Shown: positions 17,117-25,973, numbered from the stretch's first letter. The stretch: 54,983 nt of DNA from a virus (IMGVR_UViG_3300043466_000937:1-54983), one strand, 5' to 3'. The notes: a model not told the origin generated them from the sequence alone. Program-made: numbers and translations.

Positions 17117-17776
17117 ATGGCTATCACTCGCATGGTTTCTGAGAAGTACGAAATGGTCGACGGAAAGTACACCAAGGTTGCTGAAGCTTATCCCGAAACT
17201 CTCGCTCACGGTTGTGTTCTTGAGACTGGTACACGCTCTGTTCGTATCATGTCTGACATTTGGGGTTCTGAGAAGTACGCTGTCTACTGGGACGCTGAAC
17301 AGTCCAAGCCCGTAGACGTTTGGCTCGACACTTGCGACTACAACTGGATGTGGGGTGACAAGGTTTCTGCGACTGTGGACGCCACTCCTGAAGTCAAGGA
17401 AGCGTATCGCCACTATCGCGTAAGCAAGCAGTTTGATCGTATGCTTGAAGACGCAAAGCACAATGCAAAGCAGATTGAGAAGGGTTGCGTTGCAAAGGTT
17501 ACTCGCGGTAAGACTGCCAAGGGTACTGAAGGCAAGGTGATCGCCGTGATCAAGGCTAGCTATGGCATGGGCTATCGCGCTTCTGTTGAAAACAAGCTTG
17601 GCATTGCAACTTCTGATGTCATGTACAAGAAAGCTCTTCCCAACGGCAAAGTGGTCGATGCTCACAAGGATGTCGTGTGGGTCTGGGCACGCAACTGTGA
17701 GCGCGTAGACGTTGCTGAAGTCAACGAACATGAAGTGTGGCTTCAGGCCGAGAAGCATTTTCCTAAGGCCGCTTGA
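17117..17776 (+). CDS. hypothetical early protein
   Basis: strong SD GAGGAG; strongly biased codon usage. Confidence 0.8.
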   Translation: MAITRMVSEKYEMVDGKYTKVAEAYPETLAHGCVLETGTRSVRIMSDIWGSEKYAVYWDAEQSKPVDVWLDTCDYNWMWGDKVSATVDATPEVKEAYRHYRVSKQFDRMLEDAKHNAKQIEKGCVAKVTRGKTAKGTEGKVIAVIKASYGMGYRASVENKLGIATSDVMYKKALPNGKVVDAHKDVVWVWARNCERVDVAEVNEHEVWLQAEKHFPKAA

Positions 17777-17801
17777 CAGCGGCCCTAACTTCCTGTATAA
17801 C
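17773..17801 (+). promoter_or_regulatory. sigma70-type promoter with -35 inside a GC hairpin
   Basis: TTGACA-N17-TATAAC; GGCCGCT/AGCGGCC inverted repeat 17767-17784. Confidence 0.65.
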
Positions 17802-17830
17802 ACTCTCATAGTCAACACGGAGTTCGCATA

Positions 17831-18067
17831 ATGGTTGCTCGTTCTTTCAAGTCTAGCACTAGCTTCGACAAGTCTCTTGAACTTCTCATTAATGAAAATG
17901 ATGATGGTCGAAAGACAAATTCTGTATACAGCGGTTTCCGCTCTCTCAAGGAAGCAAAAGACTTTGTTAATTGGTGGGAAGGTGTGTGGGGTTGGGGTTA
18001 CATGGGTTCTGCTAGTGTCTCTTCCGATTTGACTGTTCACACTTCTCGTTATAACTCTTGCGACTAA
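17831..18067 (+). CDS. hypothetical protein
   Basis: SD GGAG; C-terminal SRYNSCD. Confidence 0.7.
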   Translation: MVARSFKSSTSFDKSLELLINENDDGRKTNSVYSGFRSLKEAKDFVNWWEGVWGWGYMGSASVSSDLTVHTSRYNSCD

Positions 18068-18077
18068 GGAGATATAC

Positions 18078-18245
18078 ATGACTGTTGACAAGATCCGAGT
18101 TTTTGACTATCTTGAAGCTCTGCGGCAATCAGGTATCACCAACATGTTTGGTGCTGCGCCCTATATCGAACGGGTATTTGATGTCCCGCGCAAGGAAGCC
18201 GTATCTCTTTTGGTTGAATGGATGGAGATTAAGTCGAATGGCTAA
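18078..18245 (+). CDS. hypothetical protein (DUF5049-like; not in ORF track)
   Basis: SD AAGGAG; YLEALRQSGITNMFGAAPYI. Confidence 0.75.
   Translation: MTVDKIRVFDYLEALRQSGITNMFGAAPYIERVFDVPRKEAVSLLVEWMEIKSNG
18085..18113 (+). promoter_or_regulatory. possible internal sigma70-type promoter
   Basis: TTGACA-N17-TATCTT. Confidence 0.4.
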
Positions 18246-18456
18246 GGTCAAGGACTGGTTGATGGAAATGGAATCGCACGTGTGGACTGCTATGGAACTT
18301 GGTCTTCCTCGTGCAAATGTTTACTCGTATGTCTGCACTCAGATGTACGGCGCCTCTGAACGTGATGTAGATAGCATCATCGATCAGATACAGAACCACT
18401 ATTATGGCTACACGTTTAACGAGAATGGAGAGATGAAGTATGCCACAAGCGAGTAA
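18238..18456 (+). CDS. hypothetical protein
   Basis: MAKVKDWLMEME start with SD GGAG; the upstream part of the track ORF overlaps the previous gene. Confidence 0.7.
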   Translation: MAKVKDWLMEMESHVWTAMELGLPRANVYSYVCTQMYGASERDVDSIIDQIQNHYYGYTFNENGEMKYATSE

Positions 18457-18892
18457 GCACGGTAAGAGACCTGAATTTGTTGCACTTGAACTTTTCGAGC
18501 GACAGATCATTGTGACGCCCTCTGAGGTAGATCAGTATGTGGGTACAACTGGATATACGTCCAAGTATGTGTGCTTTCTGAAGAGAGACGGTCACCAGTT
18601 TGAAACCAACAAGGATGGTCGGAGGGTCGTGTCCTATGTCTATAAGGGAATGACTAAGGCTGGTGCTAAGAAAGCTGCCAAGGCTGCTCCTAAAGCGTCC
18701 AAGAGCAAGCCAGAGAAGATTGCAAAGGTCAAAAACGCAGTCGTCAAGAAGCCTAAGGTCTCTGTAGAAGAGAAGCTTCTACAGGAACTGGACATGATGC
18801 CTCTTCAGAAAGATTTCAGTTCCAGTTCTTTTTCTATTGACTCCGAGTGGGATTCAATGGATAATGTTGACGTTACAAGTCTTGTTAGGTAA
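18440..18892 (+). CDS. hypothetical protein with Lys/Ala-rich segment (possible DNA binding)
   Basis: KAGAKKAAKAAPKASK low-complexity region. Confidence 0.7.
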   Translation: MPQASKHGKRPEFVALELFERQIIVTPSEVDQYVGTTGYTSKYVCFLKRDGHQFETNKDGRRVVSYVYKGMTKAGAKKAAKAAPKASKSKPEKIAKVKNAVVKKPKVSVEEKLLQELDMMPLQKDFSSSSFSIDSEWDSMDNVDVTSLVR

Positions 18893-18902
18893 GGAGATAT
18901 AA

Positions 18903-19109
18903 ATGACTAGTAGTAAAAAGATTATGGCGGGTGCTGGCTTGATTGGGCTTGGTGTGATTATCATCATCTTTGGGCCGATTGCTACAATCTGGTCTTGGAA
19001 CCAGTTGTTCGGTGATATCGAGATGCTTGAATATAGTTTTTGGAATTGGCTTGCAGTAATCGTAATCGGCATGTTCTTTCGCGGTGCCAAGATTGAGAAG
19101 GTAAAGTAA
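18903..19109 (+). CDS. small membrane protein
   Basis: SD AAGGAG; two hydrophobic stretches. Confidence 0.7.
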   Translation: MTSSKKIMAGAGLIGLGVIIIIFGPIATIWSWNQLFGDIEMLEYSFWNWLAVIVIGMFFRGAKIEKVK

Positions 19110-19501
19110 TGTATCGCGATTATCCTGAAGTTGACGTTTCTGTTTTGATGCATCGCACCATCACCAATCTACAACAGAATGGTGATGACGAATTGCTGTT
19201 CACCATGGACAATGGTGACCGCTACATCATGTATCATTCACAGGATTGTTGTGAGTATGTGCGAATCGAGGACATTGATGGCGACCTCAATGATCTTGTA
19301 GGCTCGCCAATCTTGCAGGCCGAGGAAGTGACTGGTGAAACCCAAGATGCCTGGGAAGAAGACGAACGGCAAGATTCCTACACTTGGACATTCTACAAGT
19401 TTGCGACCATCAAGGGTTCCGTAACCCTGCGTTGGTTGGGTGAGTCCAACGGTTACTACTCTGAGCGTGTTGATTTTGGAAAGGTTGAAGATGATGAATA
19501 A
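19109..19501 (+). CDS. conserved phage hypothetical protein
   Basis: YHSQDCCE.V.IEDI...TWTFY...GESNGYYS motif. Confidence 0.8.
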   Translation: MYRDYPEVDVSVLMHRTITNLQQNGDDELLFTMDNGDRYIMYHSQDCCEYVRIEDIDGDLNDLVGSPILQAEEVTGETQDAWEEDERQDSYTWTFYKFATIKGSVTLRWLGESNGYYSERVDFGKVEDDE

Positions 19502-19706
19502 ACGTTGGTTACTTGCAGGGCTTGCTGCTCTGCCTTTTATCGGTGTTGCTAATGCATCTGGCAAGAACTCTGCTTCGTGGCGTGTTCCTGCTGGTGTTAA
19601 AAAGATCCGTGTTCGGTCTTGGAATGCAGACGGCAGCAAGGATCTAGACAGGACTCTGAGTGTAGAGCCTGGTGACTTTTTTCGTATTGATGCAATTGAG
19701 GAATAA
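19491..19706 (+). CDS. small secreted/membrane-anchored protein
   Basis: N-terminal signal-like segment. Confidence 0.55.
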   Translation: MMNKRWLLAGLAALPFIGVANASGKNSASWRVPAGVKKIRVRSWNADGSKDLDRTLSVEPGDFFRIDAIEE

Positions 19707-19710
19707 TGAA

Positions 19711-20097
19711 ATGATGAAGCGTGTTCTTTCTACTCTTGGTATTGTTGGTGTTGCTCTCGGTCTTGGTGCATGTACGGATGCTGAAATGGCATCACAGAAC
19801 ATCTCTAAGGCTGCGGACTATTTTGAGATTAATCGGCGTATCATCTTCTACAATGGTATCACCGATAACTATATGCTGACTATTGAGGGTCGGTGTTCTA
19901 TCAAGAAGGACAATCAGGACAATCAACTTGAAGTGACATGTAAGACGAGTCCGACGGAATACAAGAAGCATTTTCTTGGCATTTCGGATAACGTGACTTA
20001 CTTCGTAGAACAGTTGGAAAATGCCAACGTGAGTGTCTATCAGTATCGCGTGGTCTTCAAGCCGTCTGCTATTATGCCTGACATTGAAGTAAAGTAA
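19711..20097 (+). CDS. conserved phage lipoprotein
   Basis: lipobox LGAC; NISKAADYFEINRRIIFYNGITD...KKHFLGISDNVTYFVEQ. Confidence 0.8.
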   Translation: MMKRVLSTLGIVGVALGLGACTDAEMASQNISKAADYFEINRRIIFYNGITDNYMLTIEGRCSIKKDNQDNQLEVTCKTSPTEYKKHFLGISDNVTYFVEQLENANVSVYQYRVVFKPSAIMPDIEVK

Positions 20098-20384
20098 TGG
20101 GTGACATTATTAAAATGGCAGAAGCCCGCAATGAATTTGCTTGTTTAGAAGACGGTTTCTGCTATTATTGGCCTAGTCAGCATGGCGCAATTTCCTCATA
20201 TCAACTGCGCCAGCTTGCAGATGAACTTGATAAACGTAATAAAAAGTGGAGCGAAGAAATAGATGAATATTTTCGCAATCAGCAACGATCCGACTCAGGC
20301 AGCGGAGTGGATGGTGGACAAGCATGTGGTGAAGATGATTTTGGAGACAGCGCAACTCCTGTCCACCGCTCATCGGTTACTTGA
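20097..20384 (+). CDS. hypothetical protein
   Basis: DGFCYYWP...LRQLADELD; last ~40 codons overlap the next gene. Confidence 0.55.
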   Translation: MGDIIKMAEARNEFACLEDGFCYYWPSQHGAISSYQLRQLADELDKRNKKWSEEIDEYFRNQQRSDSGSGVDGGQACGEDDFGDSATPVHRSSVT

Positions 20385-20802
20385 CGGCACACAATACATT
20401 GACAAGACCAAGACTGGTCGCAATGTAAAGCGTTGGCGTTTGCCTGACGAGCGCGAGACTGTGCTATATTCAGCCACACATATCAATCATCCGTCAGCCG
20501 TGTGGTGCCGTGAGACTAGCGACAACTACAAATGGCTGTATCGGCATTTTCTAGCACTGTGTATGGAATATAAACATCGTTATGGTAAAGTACACAAGTG
20601 TATGGATATGTGCGACCATCTTTGTTCGTATCCTCGCTATATAAAGTTAGGTGATCTGACTCCAGTAACACCCGCAATGCCTGATGAATACAAAGTGCCT
20701 AATGATCACGTAGAATCCTATCGTAACTATTATCGTATTGCAAAAGAGAGAATGCACAAATGGACGAAGCGCGAAAAGCCCGAATGGATCACAATCAGTT
20801 AA
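20263..20802 (+). CDS. pyrimidine-dimer DNA glycosylase / DenV-like family protein
   Basis: MNIF...DKHVVKMILETAQLLSTAH, THINHPSAVW, AMPDEYK, YRNYY. Confidence 0.8.
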   Translation: MNIFAISNDPTQAAEWMVDKHVVKMILETAQLLSTAHRLLDGTQYIDKTKTGRNVKRWRLPDERETVLYSATHINHPSAVWCRETSDNYKWLYRHFLALCMEYKHRYGKVHKCMDMCDHLCSYPRYIKLGDLTPVTPAMPDEYKVPNDHVESYRNYYRIAKERMHKWTKREKPEWITIS

Positions 20803-21098
20803 AAGAGTTGATTGATAATCTGCGGCATCCAACAGAAACATCTATACCATTTACTGAACTAATGAATGATGCCGCAGATGAACTTGAAGAGATAATGGTC
20901 CTGTTAGAAAAGCAACAGGTCATCATTCGTCGTATATATGCAGAGAAGCTGCCTGACACTTGGTTCGTGTGTGGTGAACTTGGTGAGAAGGATCAAAACA
21001 ATCTGCCGAAATATATAGAAGTATGTCCTGCATATGGTGCAGACTGGTCGCAGGTATATGAGCGAACTGATCACACAATTGGAGGAATGGGCAGCTAG
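20784..21098 (+). CDS. hypothetical protein
   Basis: open frame filling the gap; start uncertain. Confidence 0.6.
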   Translation: MDHNQLKELIDNLRHPTETSIPFTELMNDAADELEEIMVLLEKQQVIIRRIYAEKLPDTWFVCGELGEKDQNNLPKYIEVCPAYGADWSQVYERTDHTIGGMGS

Positions 21099-21105
21099 AA
21101 AGGAT

Positions 21106-21113
21106 ACTAAATA
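21106..21113 (+). promoter_or_regulatory. T4-type late promoter variant
   Basis: intergenic ACTAAATA (T4 consensus TATAAATA). Confidence 0.5.
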
Positions 21114-21118
21114 ATAGC

Positions 21119-21376
21119 ATGATTTATTCATTTATAGATACTGAAACCGAAGAAGAGTTTGAATTGGAAATGACCTATGATCAACTCAAGGCATTTCTAG
21201 AAGCTAATCCAAAATTCAACCAGACATTTCGCATGAATGTTGTTGATCCAGTAGGAATCGGTGTTACGAAACCACCATCTGATTTCCAAAAATACGTTCT
21301 AGGTAAAGTCGCAGCAGCCCCAGGCGCGCAGGCATCTGCTATTGATCGTAGATGGAGTCGTAAGAGAGAGTGGTAA
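21119..21376 (+). CDS. FmdB-like small protein
   Basis: MIYSFIDTETEEEFE...LEANP; typical neighbour upstream of phoH in T4-like phages. Confidence 0.7.
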   Translation: MIYSFIDTETEEEFELEMTYDQLKAFLEANPKFNQTFRMNVVDPVGIGVTKPPSDFQKYVLGKVAAAPGAQASAIDRRWSRKREW

Positions 21377-21400
21377 AATATAAGAAGAATACACGAGTTT

Positions 21401-21445
21401 CAAAAGAGGGTAGTCACGTAGGTGATGCGCCCTCTTTTGCTTTTA
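21401..21445 (+). terminator. hairpin / intrinsic terminator before phoH
   Basis: CAAAAGAGGG...CCCTCTTTTG stem, inner TCAC/GTGA, T-rich tail. Confidence 0.6.
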
Positions 21446-21456
21446 AAGGAGTAAAC

Positions 21457-22173
21457 ATGTCCAAGAAGCCTAAGAATAGAAATGCAAACAAAGAACAAGA
21501 AGCACAAAAGAAGGCAGCACATTTTGAACTTAGACACATAAAACCGCTCACACCAAATCAGGAGAAAGTCTTTACAGCTTATCAACAAGGATATCATCTG
21601 ATGCTTCACGGTTTTGCTGGAACAGGCAAAACATTCTGCGCTCTATACTTGGCATTAAATCAAATACTAAATTCACAATCAGTATACAATAAGATAGTCG
21701 TAATACGATCCGTAGTTCCCTCAAGAGATATGGGATTCTTACCAGGATCAATGAAAGAAAAGATACAAGTTTACGAAGAACCATACCGCGAAATCTGCGA
21801 CAGTCTGTTTGGTCGTGGCGATGGTTATGACATACTCAAGATGAAAGGCATTGTACATTTCACTACCACTTCTTATCTTCGCGGACTGACATTCAACAAT
21901 GGCATTGTCATACTAGACGAAAGTCAGAACTTGTCATTCCAAGAATGTGACACGGTTCTAACAAGAATGGGTGACGAAAGTAGATTGCTTGTATGTGGTG
22001 ATTTCAGACAGACAGACTTAAATAAGCCCCATGAGAAAGAGGGTGTTACTCAGTTGATGAGAATTACCAATCGTATAAATACTTTTCAGCATATTGAGTT
22101 TCAGAAGGAAGATATCGTTCGTTCTGGACTAGTTAAGTCATACATAATTCAGAAGGACGCAATGGGGCTATGA
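21457..22173 (+). CDS. phoH: PhoH-like ATPase
   Basis: GFAGTGKT, GFLPG, LRGLTF, LDESQN, TRMG, GDFRQTD, DIVRS. Confidence 0.93.
   Translation: MSKKPKNRNANKEQEAQKKAAHFELRHIKPLTPNQEKVFTAYQQGYHLMLHGFAGTGKTFCALYLALNQILNSQSVYNKIVVIRSVVPSRDMGFLPGSMKEKIQVYEEPYREICDSLFGRGDGYDILKMKGIVHFTTTSYLRGLTFNNGIVILDESQNLSFQECDTVLTRMGDESRLLVCGDFRQTDLNKPHEKEGVTQLMRITNRINTFQHIEFQKEDIVRSGLVKSYIIQKDAMGL
22074..22081 (+). promoter_or_regulatory. T4-type late promoter
   Basis: exact TATAAATA near the end of phoH, upstream of the MKxF cassette. Confidence 0.6.
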
Positions 22174-23027
22174 AAACATTTTTAGAGTTTATAACAGAAG
22201 GGAAATCTCTTCGTGAACGAGTTCAACCTGCAATTGAACATACGGACGAAGAAGGCAAAGTACAAATAAAACGTGGCAAGCGTGGTGAAGATCATGCTGA
22301 GATCCGCGAAAGACATATGAAAGAGCCAGGCAAGCCTTTGCCAGGTAGAGCAGGTTTTTATGATCCAGAAGAACAGAAATTTTATACACGCGAAGAAATG
22401 GGTAATATAGACAGCACAAGAATGCTCACACCAAAAGAACGAGATGATCGTGAAGAAAGACTTGAAAAGAAATATGCTGGTGGTCAGTCTTCTACTGATA
22501 ACATGACAGACTTCCAAAGAACCAAACAAATGCTGAGATATACAGAAAATCTTGAAGAAGGTAATCCTCTTTCTCGTATGAGAACTCTTGAAAAAGAAGG
22601 GCGACATTTCATTGCAATATCAACTGAAAGACCAGGTCTAACAAAGAAGCAAGTTGCAAAAAGAAATGAAGAACTTATGTCTATGGCAAGAGAAGCTGGC
22701 TTTGGTGTAAGAAAAACTGAAGGTAGATATGAAGGTAACAAAGAATCATCACACGTTATTCATGCGCGCGCGGCCGGCCGTGAAGCTGGTGCAGAGCTTG
22801 TAGCATTTGGTCGTAGAGCAGGAAAGCACTTTGATCAAGATTCTGTCTTGCATCACAACGGCAAAACCGCTAGACTAATAGGTACAAACACAACTGGTTT
22901 TCCAGGTATGGACAAATCAGAAAAAGTTGGTGGTGAACTCAAATATAATCCAGATGAAAAATTCCCATTCCAAACTGAATTGAGACCATCTAAGAAAAGA
23001 TCACCAGCACGTTTCACTACGGAGTAA
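22170..23027 (+). CDS. probable internal virion protein (C-terminal DUF3293-like domain)
   Basis: MKTFLEFITE capsid-targeting-like start; ISTER...RNEEL...GRY..ESS...FDQDSVL. Confidence 0.65.
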   Translation: MKTFLEFITEGKSLRERVQPAIEHTDEEGKVQIKRGKRGEDHAEIRERHMKEPGKPLPGRAGFYDPEEQKFYTREEMGNIDSTRMLTPKERDDREERLEKKYAGGQSSTDNMTDFQRTKQMLRYTENLEEGNPLSRMRTLEKEGRHFIAISTERPGLTKKQVAKRNEELMSMAREAGFGVRKTEGRYEGNKESSHVIHARAAGREAGAELVAFGRRAGKHFDQDSVLHHNGKTARLIGTNTTGFPGMDKSEKVGGELKYNPDEKFPFQTELRPSKKRSPARFTTE

Positions 23028-23030
23028 ATT

Positions 23031-23168
23031 GTGAGTTATAGTGAAGATTGTTTAAAGTATATTAAAGAGTGTCTGACTAAAGAAGAACGTAAGCCTGTTG
23101 GCATGTTTGGCACTTGGGCATATTACGAACAAAAGAAAAAAGAGTACGAGAAGAACAGTTCATCTTAA
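23031..23168 (+). CDS. hypothetical protein (45 aa, GTG start; not in ORF track)
   Basis: SD GGAG; fills the gap. Confidence 0.45.
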   Translation: MSYSEDCLKYIKECLTKEERKPVGMFGTWAYYEQKKKEYEKNSSS

Positions 23169-23190
23169 ATTCTAAAAAGTGGAATGAACA

Positions 23191-24000
23191 ATGAAGTCAT
23201 TTAAGAAGTTTGTCGCAGACAAGACTGAAAAAGAACCTGTATATCACAAGGTTTACATTGGTAAAGATTTTGAAGTAAATACTAACAAGAAGCCAACTTT
23301 TCACAAGGTCTTCATTGGTAAAGTTGGTAAGCTTGACGATCTTGATGAAGCATACGACTTTAGTAAAGTCTCAACAAAATCTGACCTTCTTACGTCAGCT
23401 GGTCGACTTGAGAGTTCACAGAGAAGCATCGCGCTAAGACAGCATTATGATTTCAGTGGTGATTACAATCATAGAAGAGCAATACGATATTATACAACAA
23501 GTGCATATCGTAGAATCAATGGTCCAATGTATAAAGGTGAAGAGATTACTGATCCTGATGCGGCAGACGTAGTGCCACATTTGAAGTCAGCTTTAACAAA
23601 ACACAAAGCACCAGAAGATATTCCTGTACACTCAGGTATCAAGTATGATCCTAGAAAGCTACCTGTTGATGATGATAATGTCATGCGCGTAACAAACCCT
23701 GCATTCACAAGCACATCTTTACATTCGCAAGTTGCAAAGAATTTTGTTGGCACAGATATTGATGAAAAAGAAAAGCATGTGATACACTTCACTGTACCCA
23801 AAGGATCACATGGTGCATATGTTGATCATCATTCAGACAATGAAGGTGAAAAAGAATTCGTATTGCACCCAAATGCGAAGCTTGAGATACATCCAACTCC
23901 TGAAGTTGAAGATTTTGATACATGGAACGGAATGGGAAAACTGTATCATTGGAGAGCAAGACTTGTACATGACGGCGTTCAAGAGGTTGGAGAGAAATGA
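23191..24000 (+). CDS. ADP-ribosyltransferase (Alt/VIP2-like), paralog 1
   Basis: Y..IN..., AFTSTSL, VPKGSHGAYV, EGEKEFVLHP. Confidence 0.82.
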   Translation: MKSFKKFVADKTEKEPVYHKVYIGKDFEVNTNKKPTFHKVFIGKVGKLDDLDEAYDFSKVSTKSDLLTSAGRLESSQRSIALRQHYDFSGDYNHRRAIRYYTTSAYRRINGPMYKGEEITDPDAADVVPHLKSALTKHKAPEDIPVHSGIKYDPRKLPVDDDNVMRVTNPAFTSTSLHSQVAKNFVGTDIDEKEKHVIHFTVPKGSHGAYVDHHSDNEGEKEFVLHPNAKLEIHPTPEVEDFDTWNGMGKLYHWRARLVHDGVQEVGEK

Positions 24001-24203
24001 AACACTTCATCAAATATCTAGATGATAAGAACGCTGAAAAAGAAAAAGACATAGAGATGAAGATGAATGCTGCTATCACAGAAAATGATAAGACTGTGTA
24101 TGCAGCACATGATTATTATGGTAGCCCAAAGAAGATGGTATTCAAAAGAAAGTCTCCAAGTTCTTCAGGTGGTAATGGTGGTAATGGAAATGGTGGTGAA
24201 TAA
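23997..24203 (+). CDS. small hypothetical protein, possible internal virion peptide
   Basis: MKHFIKYLDD start; Gly/Asn-rich tail. Confidence 0.6.
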   Translation: MKHFIKYLDDKNAEKEKDIEMKMNAAITENDKTVYAAHDYYGSPKKMVFKRKSPSSSGGNGGNGNGGE

Positions 24204-24424
24204 TGTATCTTGATTATTGGATGATTGCGGCAGTCATATTGTCATTTGGTGCATGTCACTGGATTAGCAGAGTGCAAGGTATTCAAGAGGGTGCAGTAAC
24301 AACTCTTCGTCTTCTGCATGCAGAAAAGATAATCAATGTGTCTGATGAAGGCAAAGTAAGTCGCTACTCGACATGGAATCAAAAACCAAAAAGAAAAAGA
24401 AGAAACAAAAATGCTGACCTTTAA
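24203..24424 (+). CDS. small membrane protein
   Basis: N-terminal TM and basic tail. Confidence 0.6.
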   Translation: MYLDYWMIAAVILSFGACHWISRVQGIQEGAVTTLRLLHAEKIINVSDEGKVSRYSTWNQKPKRKRRNKNADL

Positions 24425-25268
24425 ATCATACTTGAACGAACAAAAAGAAAAGAAGAAAGAAGTGGAGACGAACTATCATAAAGTCTTTATCGGTAAGATC
24501 GGTAAATTTGACGAAGATGATGATGCAAAGTCTATCTATCATAAAGTCTTCATTGGTAAGATCAAGAAACTAGACGAAGCATTTAGACAGGGCGCAGCCA
24601 GACATGAAGGGCCGCGCTCTGATGAGACACAAAGTCTTCATGAAAAGTTATCGAGACGATATAAGTTTGGTAGAAAGCTAAAAGAATCAAAACGATTTGA
24701 ACCCGATCTTGATGATCCAGAAGGCAGCAAAAAAAATGCAATCAGAAAATATTCTGGTATAATGTATAAGAAAATAAACAAGGCATTATACACAGGGGAC
24801 TCAAGTGATCTGACTACTCAACATCATGATATAATCGAAAATTTGAAATCAGCTTTAGTTAAGCATAAGACAGGTGAAGACATGACTGTCAGTTCTGGTC
24901 TCAAAGTTTCTCCTGATTCCTTCAGAAAAGAAGGTGATGAAGGTCCAATAAAAATGATAATGCCAGCTTTCACAAGTACATCGTTAAGGCCGGCGATTGC
25001 AAGAGAGTTTGCTAAACCTATTCGGAAAGAAGGTGAGCCCGAAGAACACGTAGTTCATATAGATGTTCCTAAAGGTTCTCATGGTGCATATGTAGCACAT
25101 CACAGTGCAATACCTGAAGAACACGAATTCATTTTACATCCAGGTGCAAGACTACATGTCGATCCTCTTCCATCACATATCAGCGAACGCACAGATTGGG
25201 ATGGTAATAGAATTAAAACTCACCATTGGAATGCTCGTTTAGTTCATGATGGTGTAAAAGACGTTTGA
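24411..25268 (+). CDS. ADP-ribosyltransferase (Alt/VIP2-like), paralog 2
   Basis: YKKINKALY, AFTSTSL, VPKGSHGAYV, EEHEFILHP. Confidence 0.82.
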   Translation: MLTFKSYLNEQKEKKKEVETNYHKVFIGKIGKFDEDDDAKSIYHKVFIGKIKKLDEAFRQGAARHEGPRSDETQSLHEKLSRRYKFGRKLKESKRFEPDLDDPEGSKKNAIRKYSGIMYKKINKALYTGDSSDLTTQHHDIIENLKSALVKHKTGEDMTVSSGLKVSPDSFRKEGDEGPIKMIMPAFTSTSLRPAIAREFAKPIRKEGEPEEHVVHIDVPKGSHGAYVAHHSAIPEEHEFILHPGARLHVDPLPSHISERTDWDGNRIKTHHWNARLVHDGVKDV

Positions 25269-25293
25269 CAAGAATTTTTCCATACTATATGAT
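25265..25293 (+). promoter_or_regulatory. sigma70-type promoter upstream of the phosphatase/tmRNA block
   Basis: TTGACA-N17-TATGAT. Confidence 0.7.
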
Positions 25294-25317
25294 ATTGTTA
25301 TAATAAGGAATTGATAT

Positions 25318-25971
25318 ATGAAACGTTATGTGATTGGTGATATCCACGGTTGTTACGTGGAACTGTGTGCATTGTTGGATATGATCCATAAACATGCTGA
25401 TGGTAATCAATATAAGATCATCTTTGTTGGTGACTATGTTGATCGTGGACCAGATTCCAAGAAAGTTGTAGATCAAATTCGACTCCTTGAAAAGGAAGGT
25501 TGCATTGCTTTGATGGGCAATCACGAAGATATGCTTCTGTTTGGTGATTTCACTTATGCTGCTCAAACACTTGTGAGTTATAATGCTTTACTAATGCCCG
25601 AAGATGTGCTAGAATGGATGCGTTCTCTACCAAAGTACTATGAGGATGACACGATCATCGTTGCTCATGCTGGTGCTAATCCTGCATTTCCAATGAATGA
25701 GCAAACAGACGCAATGCTCTTGTGGTTACGATATGAACAGCATCAACATGCAATGCTTGATAAGCACTTCTATCACGGGCATACACCAAGACTAGGTAAG
25801 ATTGAACAAGTAGCAGATCGCACAAATGTGGACACTGCTTGCGTGTTCGGCGGCCATCTAACAGCCGCTATTGTAGGAGATGATGGTAAGCCTGAAGGTT
25901 TCATTCAGGTGCCAGCAAAGGGTGGTGTATATGATATGAGTGATGCTCAATCGCGAGGTTGGGAAGTCTAA
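25318..25971 (+). CDS. PPP-family Ser/Thr protein phosphatase (lambda NinI-like)
   Basis: GDIHG, GDYVDRG, GNHE, HAG, HGHTP, DT. Confidence 0.9.
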   Translation: MKRYVIGDIHGCYVELCALLDMIHKHADGNQYKIIFVGDYVDRGPDSKKVVDQIRLLEKEGCIALMGNHEDMLLFGDFTYAAQTLVSYNALLMPEDVLEWMRSLPKYYEDDTIIVAHAGANPAFPMNEQTDAMLLWLRYEQHQHAMLDKHFYHGHTPRLGKIEQVADRTNVDTACVFGGHLTAAIVGDDGKPEGFIQVPAKGGVYDMSDAQSRGWEV

Positions 25972-25973
25972 AT

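Noticed and set aside
17012-18091. 359-aa minus-strand ORF (also 13802-14371, 8989-9582, 7851-8321, 3402-3884 and similar)
   Set aside because: Antisense shadows of plus-strand genes that have SDs, promoters and recognisable motifs; no motifs of their own
20263-20384. 122-nt overlap between two plus-strand ORFs as a programmed frameshift or fusion
   Set aside because: No slippery site seen; more simply a C-terminal run-on of the upstream ORF
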